Of a stretch of DNA of 64,000 nucleotides, positions 24,750 through 36,750 are shown in pieces. The translations under genes were made by a program, and so were the position numbers. This DNA is from Azolla caroliniana. Lineage: Eukaryota > Plantae > Polypodiophyta. Below the pieces are notes generated by a model. It did not search any database and was not told the DNA's origin. It worked only from the letters and a program-made list of their open reading frames with translations. Position 1 is the first letter of the stretch. Each line of letters begins with the position of its first letter. The stretch lies in the NCBI GenBank assembly GCA_043228905.1, contig JBHGNT010000013.1:17236001-17300000 (forward strand). Direction: 5' to 3'.

Positions 24750-25204
24750 TGTGAGAATCAAGCTCAACATAACACAACATGTGAACACACCTTTTGAGAA
24801 TCTATGATTACTCAAAGGTCAAGAGTCACACCACTACTCTCTACACATTAACTATGTGTCATAGAATCATATTCTATGACACATAACTAATGAGTTACAT
24901 ATTCTCCATGACTATGAGTCTTCACATTCCCCAAGAGAGAGAGTGGTTGTTGTAAGTTAATGAAGAGAGATGGTGACTCTATATAAAGCACCCTCCTCAT
25001 ACTTCATACTAAGTTGGTTGTGACTCCTTGTAATGCTACATTTTCATTTATCATATTCTCCTTGTTAATATACATCTCCTTCTTCTTGAGTACTTCATTT
25101 TGTCTCTTATCCATCTTGTGTTTCTCTCCTCTCCTCTTTCCTCTCACACATACACATAACACACATCTCTTCCGCTACACAAGAATCACCATTGATTCAT
25201 TACA
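24750..25204 (+). mobile_element. Solo LTR (455 bp), near-TSD GTTAT/TTTAT
   Basis: TGTGAG...TTACA termini; TATATAAA near 24980; the host Copia frame DDNSY|KVIF is restored on removal; related to 15887-16323. Confidence 0.8.
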
Positions 25205-27167
25205 TTTATAAGGTAATATTTTCTTCCCAATCCTTTTGTATATTGAAAGGAAATATGATTATTGCAAAAGGGAATAAAGTTGGTTCCCTCTACCCAGTAT
25301 TTGTTCATAAAAAGGAACACATTTTGGTTGTTACAAACCAACCTATGATGGGCATTTGGTATGGCCATTTAGGCCACATGTCACAAGATGACATGGAAAT
25401 TCTTTCCCTCTATGGCCATTTACCTAAGTTGTCATTTTCTGATTTTGCATTTTGTGAATTTCCCAACATGGTAAGCAAACCAAAAATGCGCACAAGACCC
25501 GTATTAACTCATCCACTAGACCGTTGGATCTTGTTCACACGGATGTTTGTGGACCTATGCCCACAAGATCTTTGGGTGGTACATTGTATTTTGTCACTAG
25601 GAAAGTTTGGGTTTAACCGATTAAAGGAAAGGATGATGTATATCCTACTTTCATAAAATGACTTGTTTCATCACCACCACCATGTGACCTCGTTTGCCAA
25701 ATGTATATGCTATTATAAAAGCTAATACAAAAATACTTATCTCATTTATCATGAAAAATTAGTGTTGAAATATTAATCATCTATGTCTTAGGGCAATTCT
25801 CTAACAAACGGGGTAAGGGCATAAAGCTTAAGGCTTTACGTTGAGACAATCAAGGTGAGTATACCTCTCACAAATTTGATGACTTTTGTAAGTCTAGAGG
25901 AATTGAGAGTGAGTTTACGGCTCCTTACAACCCTATCAGAAAGGTGTAGTTGAGAGGATGAATAGAACCATCTAGGATATAGTTGTCTTTATGCTACACC
26001 ATGCAAACCTCTCGCAAGGTTTTGGGCAAAAGTTGTTTTAACAGTTCATGTAATCAATCTATCACTTATTACAGCCATAGTCCTAGAAGTGGTGTGCAAG
26101 AGTTGTGGATAGGCAAGACGCCTCATTATGATCATCTTAGAGTCTTTAGATGTGACACATATGTGCACATTCCAAAACAACTTAGGAAGAAATTGGATTA
26201 TAAATGTAGAAAACATAATTTTCTTGGTTATGGAATTGATGGGCAATTTGGATATCGCCTATGGGATCCAAACACATGCACTATGGTCAGAAGTAACGAT
26301 GTCATTTTTAATGAAACTTCAAACAAATATGCATAAACAATCCATAAAGGAGGTAGAAGCGAGAAAGGTGGTATTTAAGGATGATGTACCTTTTGTTGAC
26401 GCAAAACAAAAAAATTCCACTAAGGTAGATGCTTCTACGTGTGGTCAACCATATAAAATTGTTGTTGGTCAACATAATGATGGCTAGAATAATTATGCTC
26501 AACATGATAATGTTCAACAAGATAACGTTCAAAATTATCTTTCCCAAGCATAACCTGATGGTATTCATGTTCGGGAATCATTAAGGAGATCTACGCGTGT
26601 CTCCAAACCATTTAGTAGATTTGCTGATTTTGTAATGCTAACAAATGCTAGTGAGATTTCATGTTACCATGAAGCTATATCAGTCAACAATCATGCTAAG
26701 TGGAAACATGCAATGCAAAGTGATAAATGGATAGTATCCATAAGAATGGAACTTGGGGACTTAGTGTAAAAGAAAGCACTAGCATGTAAATGGGTTTATA
26801 TGTACAAATACACATGTATAAAGCTCATATTGTGGTAAAAGGCTTTAAACAAGAACAAGGAGTCAATTTCAATGAAATCTTCTCTCCAGTAGACAAGAAG
26901 ACTATGTTACGCATGATGCTCACATTGGCTGCAAAGAGGTTCTTGAGTTATTTGAAATGGATGTAAAATTGTATTTTTGCATGGAGATCTTAGTGAGGAG
27001 ATCTATGGAGCAACCGAAGGGTTATGAAATTCATGTTAAAATGCCTTTGGTATGTAAGATCAAGAAAAGTTTATATGGACTTACACAATCTCCTCAAAAG
27101 TGGTATAAAAAATTCAATGCTTTTATGAGGTCCCAAAGTTATGATAGGAGCAATGAAAACTCATCCC

Positions 27168-27520
27168 TATATACGAAGAAATGTCTAGATGACTCGTCTA
27201 TAATTTTGATACTCTATGTAGATGACATGCTCATCATTTGTAAAAACAAGGATGAGTTGTCCAAGCTAAAGAAAAACCTGAGTCAAACTTTCGACATGAA
27301 AAATTTGGGAAATGTGAAACACATCCTTGGTATGCAATGAAAAATCAGGGCTTATACGAAGAAATGTCTAGATGACTCATATGTAATTTCGATACTCTAT
27401 GTAGAGGACATGCTCATCGTTTGTAGAAACAAGGATGAGTTGTCCAAGCTAAAGAAAAATCTAAATCAAACTTTCAATATGAAAAATTTGGGAAATGCAA
27501 AACACATCCTTGGCATGCGT
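27168..27520 (+). repeat. About 184-bp tandem duplication of the Copia RT YVDD segment
   Basis: TATACGAAGAAATGTCTAGATGACTC...AAACACATCCTTGG occurs twice; the second copy reads YVED. Confidence 0.85.
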
Positions 27521-30500
27521 ATTACTCGTGATAGGAGTAATGGGTGTATTTATTTGTCTCAATTTGAGTATGTATGTAAAATACTCAAGAAGTTTAATAT
27601 GGAGAGTGCAAAACCTTTGACCACACCATTGTCTATGCATGTAAATTTGGGCAAAAATGAATGTCCTAAATCTGATGATGAAGAGTTCATGAGCAATATT
27701 CCATATCGGTCTATTGCTGGTAGTCTCATGTACGTTGTGATAACGACTAGGCCAAACATTGCATTTGCAATGGGAGCTATGAGCAGATTTTTGTCAAACC
27801 CTAATAAGAAGCATTGAGAAGCAATTAAAATAATATTAAGATATCTAAGTGGCATTAGGAATAAGTGTCTATGTTTGGGTGGTGGAAATATATCCATTAT
27901 TAGATATATAGATTATGATTATGCTGGTTGTTTTTAAAATAGAAAGTCTACTTCGGGATACATTTTTCAGTTTATGGGAGGTGTTATATCTTGGAGATCT
28001 CGTCTCCAATAGTGCACTACTCTATTTACTACAAAAGGAGAGTATGCTGCAACCAATGAGGCATGTAAGGAAATTGTATGGTTTTCCAAATTAGCTTATG
28101 ACATGGGCATACCTCAACTTGTACCCATCCTGTTTTGTGATAGTCAGAGTGCCATTGCATTGGCTAAAAACCCATTATACCATGAAAATGACCAAGCACA
28201 TTGGAGTGCAATACCATTTCATCCGAGAATGCATAGTTGTTGGCTGCATCAGTCTTGAGAAGGTTGTTTCACAAGAAAATGTCGCATATGCATTGACCAA
28301 AACTCTATTGCATGATGCACTAGAGCATTGTTGTCACTCGAAGGGAATTGCTTAGTTCTTCTTGTTTCATGTATATTGTGTAATCTATTAAACAAGTAGG
28401 AGGTTCAAGTCTTGTACAATCTTCCCATCAGTTTCACCGAACCTCTTGGCCTTTAGTGGGAGTTAGTGGGAGATTGATACATAGTGTGAAAGGCCAAAAA
28501 GTTAATTCTCACTCTTCTTCTTCTTCTTCCAAAAAGATTTCCTTCATTAGTATTAAGAAAAAATGTCAGAAGGCTACAAAATGTACAATAAGAGAGTGTT
28601 ATATACAAAGAAGATTATCAGGGCAAGGGCCAAGGGTGATAATATTTCCAGATCGGTCCTTGAGAGGAGACCGCGAACAGAGGCAACTTCCTCCATAACT
28701 ATAGTAATTTTTTCCTTTTCTTAAGAACAACCTATAGCTTTATGAGGTAAACCACCTTGTCCCTTAGGAAGAAAGAGACAACCCTAAAAAACCCATAACT
28801 TCCCCCAAAAATACACCATCCCCCTCTCCCTCTTGTATTTCTACACTTGGGGTAGAAACATCGAGGTTGAATTAAAACCCCTCTCATACATGCACCATTC
28901 CCTTCTCGTGCAATCACTCATCAAGTGGTAGATGTATAATTTAAGTAATAGTTGTATTAACAATGCAAGCATTGAGTGGTTGACAAGGTGACAAAGATCA
29001 ATGGGCATAATTTAATCAACACAAGTATCAACTAATGTGGCATACACCATTGAAAAAACACAACCCATGGACAAGCCTCTAACCTTATTGTGGATACCTA
29101 GACCAATGTAGCAATCATGTCACATCTACCAAGAAGACTTGAAAGAGGAATCAATAATGGAGGGGAATACTTGTGGAGATGGTGACAACAAGAGCTTGTA
29201 AACTAGCAACAAAGGAGGGGACAATATCAAATAAGTGGCACACCATTGATTGGATGGCCCAAGCAAAAATGAGGAGGTTCTCCGTCAAGAATGGAAAACA
29301 AGAAATTCATTTGTGCATAAACAATAAAAGGAGTTAGTGATAATAGGAATCCTCACGTAACACCAACAAATAATGTTATTTAGTGAGAAAGGAAGTGTGG
29401 GAGGGGGTAAAAGTAAATTTGACTAATTGTGATCAAAACCCTCTAGTCAAACCAATGTTTATTGTAAGCAATGAATGCAACAAACTATGTATCGTCATTA
29501 AGTAATAAAAGTTTCATTTCATTTTGTCATTTGCTCACATCTAACAGTGTATGCCCATGTGTGGTTAAAATTACACACTATAAATAATGTTTCCTAAATT
29601 GCTCAAAATCTTGATATAAAAAATCTGTAGGTCATGTATTCTTCTACATGATATGGTATGCATATTTGTATGTAATAGTTCAGACTTTATTGCAAGAGGC
29701 TCAATAACTTACAATGGCCCATATGCTTGTGCCTTCTCTTATAACAGAAGCATGAACCACACTCCCCCTATTTTTATTATCTCTTCTAAAAATTAAGGTT
29801 TAGATTTTTTGCCAACACCATGGCTATATACATTCTACAATGAAGCATGCCATTTATGGAAATCCATGGTCTAGTGGAAAAGGCTAGACAAATTCATTGT
29901 TGTTTTAAGGTGCGACTATTCCTATAACGACATTTACTATCAATTTGCTTTAAATGTGTTGCACCAACAACAAAAAATTGCATCTCCCAATTACAACATA
30001 TGCGACCAAGGAAGCCGAAACTATGTTATATATCTTTTCTTGTCTTGCTCATTTACATTATTATTGACAATGTGTCGCTCATTGTTTGTCATTATAATTT
30101 CCTATTTTTAAGTTTCGCGAGTTCTTTTGGTTTTTAGGCATCCAACAATGAGACCTCAAACCATTATAGTCTTTTTCCCATGGGTACATTTCTAGGCTCT
30201 TTTGACGATATGTTCTTTCACAATCTATTCCATTTAATCAACTTACATTTGATCCTTGTTGGCCTTTTCAAATCTACTTTGTTCACCCATTACATTGATT
30301 TGATAACACTTACATTGTGTAAGAAACAACCTTAAGAAATTGTATTGGGTGAGAAACGTCGGCAACTGGAATTAAACTATTACGTGATATTAATTTTCAA
30401 TCATTCAAGTGGACTTTGTAACAATATTAAAAGCGTCGCACACACCATTACTACCTCGATATGGATCAAGAATAAACAAAGAAAAGTTATTATGTGATTT

Positions 30501-31960
30501 GTTGGATTGTTATTGTTATGGGTAATATAAAGAATAACACTACAATCTTGAATATAAAATTGTATCTCAAAGCAAACATTTGATGATACACAAAATCAGA
30601 ACCCAAAGAAATAAAACAAATGAGTCTTTACCAAAGCGCAAAACTGAATTTACACGCAAGCTACTGGCTAACCATGCCCCTATCTTGGATACGCAAGTTA
30701 ACAAATTTAGTATCAGAATTTGGTCTCGGATCGCACTTACACATATCTCCCATATTAGTTAAAAACATTACAATTGAGCTTCCAAGGGTTATATCACATC
30801 AACACTCGCATAAGGAGAATAAGCCAATGTGCACAATGTCGATAATCAACGAGGTTGATCATTCAAACCCTCTCATCCATTTACATAGAACCTTGAAGGT
30901 GAACACGTCACAATTTCTTTTACATCATTTTTTGCTTGCAAGTTTACATTTGAATCTTCAATCATTTGAATCAAAGAATGAACATCACACCACGCCAACA
31001 ATCTCTCACATTCTTCTTATGACTGTAGTTGATGTGGAGTCAAAAGTATTTAAGGTATGGAGAGATTTCCTTTTATAAAAATAATATGAAGCAAAATGTA
31101 CACCATGGCTCCTCAAGTGAATTTAATAAAAAGCTTTTAAGATATTAATAAAAAGTCAGCTTTGCTTTAAGAACACACCATGACTTGCAATGAAAACACT
31201 AAAAGCATTCCATGTTGAAAGCATGACATATCCTCCCAACAAGTTAAATATAAATGCCAGATCCTCGTGACCGCATAAAATTGATATTTCTCAAAAGCCA
31301 CTTGAAATTCTCGACCACAACCAGAACAAATTCCCTATGGGAAATTGCATGCTAAATCCTAAAATATATGGTGATTTCCCCAATTTTCCATGTAAACAAT
31401 AGACTAACTAGATAGTATCCATACAATGTTATAAAATATGGTTAATTAGAGATGTAGTGCTTTGACTTGCTAAGTTAGAAGGTTTGACTTCCAAGAGTAG
31501 AGTAGGTAAAGAGAACAAAGATGGCATTCTTCTTAGTTTTTCGACTATACTTAACCACGATCTAAAGTCCCCCGAAATACTCTTCCCAAAAGGTAAAAGC
31601 GAAGAAGCTATAAAATTCCTCGGCGAAGACTCCCACACATGCAAAGATGATGAGTTCCATGTCACATGCATAAAGCAAATAATTCCGTGCCATTCATTGT
31701 TCATGTACAAAGAGTGCATAATTTCCTCTTGCCCCATATGTCTTGTTATTTTGCCACACACAAAGTTTTCATGACTCGAATGAAGGGTAATCCATCTTTT
31801 TGGCCTTTTAAGGGCACAGCAATAATGAAGATTCTGAATTTCGTTCAAGTAAATGTGCATAGCGCACTCACATACACACCATGCGCACATTCGAACCCCA
31901 ATCTATGAAGTTAAGAAACTTCAATTATCCCTAGTATATTGCCCACAAGCACATTTCAAG

Positions 31961-32350
31961 ATCAATCTATCAAGATAGACATCTCATGAAGTGTGTGCAT
32001 CTCTTTCATAGAAGCTTGAATTAGGCTTTGGGCAATCCCCTAGAAATGGGTCCTTTCTTGGCATCACAACTAAACATCTTCTTTGGAAATCTCAAGCTCT
32101 TCGTGATTCTCCTCCTTATCTTCCCTTGTACAAATGCAAAGATTGGCAACACAAGCGCTCAATCTTTCAAGATAGACATCAAATGAGGTGGGTGCATCTC
32201 TTTCATAGAAGTTCCGATTAGGCTTTTGGCAATCCCTAGAAATGAGTCCTCTCTTGGCATCACGACCAAGAATCATCTTTGGATATCTCGCATTCTTCAT
32301 AATTCTCTTGTTCATCTTCCCTTGTACAAATGCAAAGATTGGCAACACAA
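31961..32350 (+). repeat. About 196-bp tandem duplication of the RLK leader, start codon and signal peptide
   Basis: TCAAGATAGACATC...CTAGAAATG...TCTTCCCTTGTACAAATGCAAAGATTGGCAACACAAG occurs twice. Confidence 0.9.
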
Positions 32351-34986
32351 GTGCAACACCCCCTTCAATATTAGGGGGTTGTAGGACCTCATGCGGTCAC
32401 CATGAGATTAAATTCCCAATAGGTATAGATCCAGGGTGCGGAACACCTCAATTCTTCATGTCTTGTATTAATGGAAGCACCTTGATCATTCAAATAGATT
32501 CAAAGGATTTCTTGGTGGACAACATCGACTACAACAACAAGACACTCATTATGAGAGATCCCTTGATGTCCGATTGTGCACATCTTAACTCTTTTAGTGC
32601 TGGTCTTGACATAAACCTTGCCAACAAAGGACTTGTGCTCGGACGAGATACGATCCTCCTCCTAAACTGCTTTTCCTTCACTCAAACAGTGGATTTCCTC
32701 ACAAATCAATATGATTGCCATGGTCCCACATGCTTAGCCTTCATCGGTGGATGCCACAACCATGACTTCTTCACAAGTTGTTGTAGAGTGATAGATCCAG
32801 GCAATCGAATTGACCTTTACACAATGCAATGCACATCCTACACAAGCATTTACAGTCCACAGGACCCTATTTACAGCCCCACTTCATGGTCCTATGGGAT
32901 CGAAATTCAATGGAACAACCTCCCTTCTGAACTCATGGAAGATTGTAGCACATGTCAAGCAAAGAAAGGTATCTGTGGTTATGACCCCAGAGAGGAACAA
33001 AAGTTCAGATGCATGTGTCACTCATCCCTTGGATGCAAAGGTATACAAAAGATGGGCTCAGTTCGGAATATGGGAAGCTTTTCACGCAACTATTTCCAGC
33101 TCATTTTTTTGTTCTTTTTTGCTTGGTGCAGGCTGCTTTCCTGGCTCATGTCCAATAGAGCGGACGAGGTTGGTCATCGGTAAGCTCATGAAGACTACAT
33201 AATGACCTAGCAAAAAACTCATATAGACATAATCTAGCACTAAAATCCCATATAGACCAACCATCTCACAGGTTTGGCAATGGATCACATATATAGCCAT
33301 ACCATAAATTTGCATTTCACAAACTAGCAATACATTCACATATAGCCATAAGAAGAGCATAGAAATCTTTTCCTCATTGTACATATCTTGCATACAAATG
33401 CCTGCATCTCATTTCATAAAACTTGTTTTCCTTATTGTTTATATCTTGCATATATATCTTGGCTTCATGGTGTCCATCTTTCTTTCTTTGATTGCACGTA
33501 TGCCTTGACCTCATCATATACATCTTGTTCTCCTCATTTCACACATCTTGCATATAGACTTTGGGCTCATTTCATAGATTTCACACATGGGTAAAATCTA
33601 GCTATGTTGTTCAGGTATCTCTACCAATTTTAGGCACTTAGATGGCCAAAGGAATGTACTTTTTTGAATGTCCAACTTCACTGGTGGTTCAAACCTATGA
33701 TGGATATGCCTCCTTTGGAAAGACCTCACAAATTTAAATATAGTACTTTTAAAATGTTCCCAATTTCATGAGATAATACACAATATAAAATTAGAACAAT
33801 AGTAATTCAGTAGGATACATCCAAAAGCACTACTTTTTGAGTCACCATTTCATGCTTTTATCCACGTATTCAATGCCAGTGTTTTCCCTGATCCACAGGA
33901 ATCACAACAGCAGGGATATTCTTGATCGTGGCAGGTGCATTATGCCTCTTCCTTCGTCCATGGCAAGTCCGATTCCGGAAGATCCGCTCCGACTCGATTG
34001 GATATAGCCAAGATTATTTTGGCTCGGACAAACAAACCGGAATGGAGCTCGTCCACGTCATTGCCACAATGACAGGTCCAATCCCACTCACACTCTTCTC
34101 TTACAAAGAGCTCTCTCATGCAACTGAAGGCTTCTCAGAAGATCTACTCCTCGGGGACGGAGGCTATGGCATCGTATACAAAGCTAAGTTTTGTGATGGG
34201 CGGTTATTGGCGGTTAAGCGGTTAAACCACCTCCATCACCGACGCCTTGAACACTTCTACAACGAAGTGAGGATCTTATCACAGGTGAAACATCCAAACC
34301 TTGTCCAACTTGAGGGCTTCTGTGTCGAAGGCCGAGACCTCCTCCTTGTCTATGAATATGTGTGCAATGGCACATTAGAAGAACACATCCATGGACATAG
34401 CAAGCAGCTCAAATGGGAGAAGAGGCTCAACATAGCATGTGAGATAGCAAATGCATTGGAATACCTTCATTTCGCAGTGTCACCACCGATATATCATCGA
34501 GATGTGAAGACAAGCAACATCCTTCTTGATGAAGAACTCCGGGCAAAAGTTGCAGATTTTGGGTTGTCAAGACTAGTACCGATGGAAGCAACCCATGTCT
34601 CTACAGGTCCTCAAGGTACCCCTGGCTATGTAGATCCAGAGTATCATCAATGCTACCAAGTTACAGACAAAAGTGATGTCTTTAGCTTTGGTGTTGTGCT
34701 TCTTGAGCTGATTTCTAGCAAGAAGGCTGTTGATCTCTCTCGCCCACATACTGAAATCAACCTCTCTTCACTTGCCATCGATCGGATTCAGAAAGGAGCT
34801 ATGAATGAGCTTTTGGATGAAGAGATAATAATGGGTCCCTCTTTGTGTGACAGTGCCCAAGAAGTGGGCAAGCTCGCCTTCCGCTGTATCGCCTTAGAAC
34901 GCAGAGCTCGCCCGGACATGAGAGAAGTTTCCGCCCAACTCGAGCTCATCCGTTCGAACCTCCAAAAACAACACCTCAACACCTAG
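32242..34986 (+). CDS. WAK-associated/LRK10L-type receptor-like kinase, 644 aa, 3 exons
   Basis: Exons 32242-33040, 33132-33179 and 33899-34986 (1935 nt, GT-AG, in frame). Signal peptide; GUB_WAK-like CRTSCG..IKFPIGIDPGCG; WAK_assoc-like CSTCQAKKGICGYD...FRCMC; TM LVIGITTAGIFLIVAGALCLF; RD kinase GDGGYG, AVKRL, YHRDVKTSN, DFG and GTPGYVDPEY. Confidence 0.93.
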
Positions 34987-36750
34987 GCACAGCTTCTTCT
35001 TGCCCGAGTCGGGCTAATAGGTTACTAGTTTTGAGGGTTAGTCAAGATTCTCTTTTCTAGTATTGGGTTGCTCGAACATAGGGCACTTGATCATTTGACT
35101 AGCAAGGCCTTGGTTTCGTGATGGCTACTAAGCCCTTGGCTAATTGGGTGATGGGTTCTAGAATTCTCGAAAATTTCTTTAGGGGTTGGTCCTTGGGCAT
35201 TAGTATTTGGGTATTCGGATATTTGATAGTGTCTGCATCTCTACCCATGGATTCTTGTCTTATATTGGTTCTAGGAATCCTTAGATGCCAGTACCAGCAT
35301 CTAGTCCTCAGATGCAACTAACTATCCTTGGATAGCCATACCAATATTGGGTCCTTGGATATATCAACACTATTACAAGGCTCTTATATATTGACTCTGC
35401 CTTTCTGATACGTCATCTTTCTATTTCCCTACCAAACATCTACATCCCTTCCCTTTTTATCCATCTCATAACATAGAATCAATCTTGACGATAGTCCTTC
35501 GATATTCATCAATTTCATAGTGTGATTGATCATGATCATTGCCCTAGCACACTCCTCTCATTACTACACCACTATCACACAAGACTTAGTTTAATAGTCC
35601 TTGTTTATATCCTGCAACTCATCCCTCCCCCAAAGATTTTGTACCTTGCAAACTTTATAACTATGATTTCCTAGGATTATGACCTTCCAACTTTCAAGTA
35701 ACATCAACCATTGACCACCTTCATGGAAGGGTTGCAACCATACTCATACAAATGTGTTTTGTATACCTTACTATGTGGTGAGTAACAAGTATGTCAATCC
35801 ACAAGAAACAAATCGAGGACCTCAACCCTTGGAAAGCTTTTTTGAGTTATCATGTTCTATACCTCCACTCTCAATATGTCTTACTCCTTTGCAACATCTC
35901 TCATTGTCCGAATCTTAAAATATGTGATGAACCATTTATGTCTAAAATCCCTTGTACCATATATAACCTTTTTTCATTTGCTACATATTTTCTTCTCCTT
36001 GAGAGATGGAGAGATTATTTGTTTTTTTATGAACCCATGTATCTTTTTCCTGATGCATGATGCTGATTTTCTTAAAAGATTGTGTGCTATACTAGAACTT
36101 TATAAAAAGTTGCCTCTCCCGAGTTTATCAGTACTCGATTCAATGATCAAATGTAAGATGCTCACAAATCAACTCCTGGTTTATGGGTAGTTCAGTCCAT
36201 ATGATTTCCATACTGATGACGAAATAAACACAATCTTGATACTTGCATTTGATATATAATGCTATAACTAAGAATGTTGATAGTAACGATTACAATTAAG
36301 ATTGATCAGCACAAACCCATAAAAGATGTATGATATAAGAGAATAAAGACCTCAGTGACAGCTAATAACCACTGAGTACAATGATTAAGAAGTTAGAGAG
36401 ACTACACATAGAGAGAGCATCAATTTTTTATACAAAAGTTCTAAAAGATTTTGTGAAAGTTTGACTAATGCATTCAGTATATAATGAAAAAGCCAGGGGG
36501 CTTCACAATTACATAGCAACCCATACAGATGAGCTATTTGTCGGAAAGAAGCGAAAATCTCCCAACAAAATATATGGTCTAAACCCTAAAAGAAACCCAG
36601 CTTGCTGGCACTGATAAAGCAAACCAACTTATATATGTTCATTCATGCCTTGTACAGAGAACCCAAACAAAGGGGAGATGTCAGCCTAATAATGACATCA
36701 ACTTCTTTAAGATGATCACAGTGACCCACACAAAACCCTACTAAAAACAG

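Larger units (their letters stand above)
24560..28923 (+). mobile_element. Decayed Ty1/Copia element with putative PPT and 3' LTR (28475-28923)
   Basis: Protease and GAG-pre-integrase remnants, YDHLRVF...FLGYGIDGQFGYRLWD, KKSLYGL, LYVDDML, CDSQSAIALAKNP and TKHIGVQYHFIRE; AGTGGGAGA before TG at 28475; candidate end CATCA at 28923. Confidence 0.85.

Noticed and set aside
29000-31900. Possible decayed transposase or gene remnant
   Set aside because: Coding-like fragments, but no motif I can identify with confidence; needs tblastn.
36205-36230. CTGATGA-C-GAAA hammerhead-like core
   Set aside because: No stem II or flanking helices.
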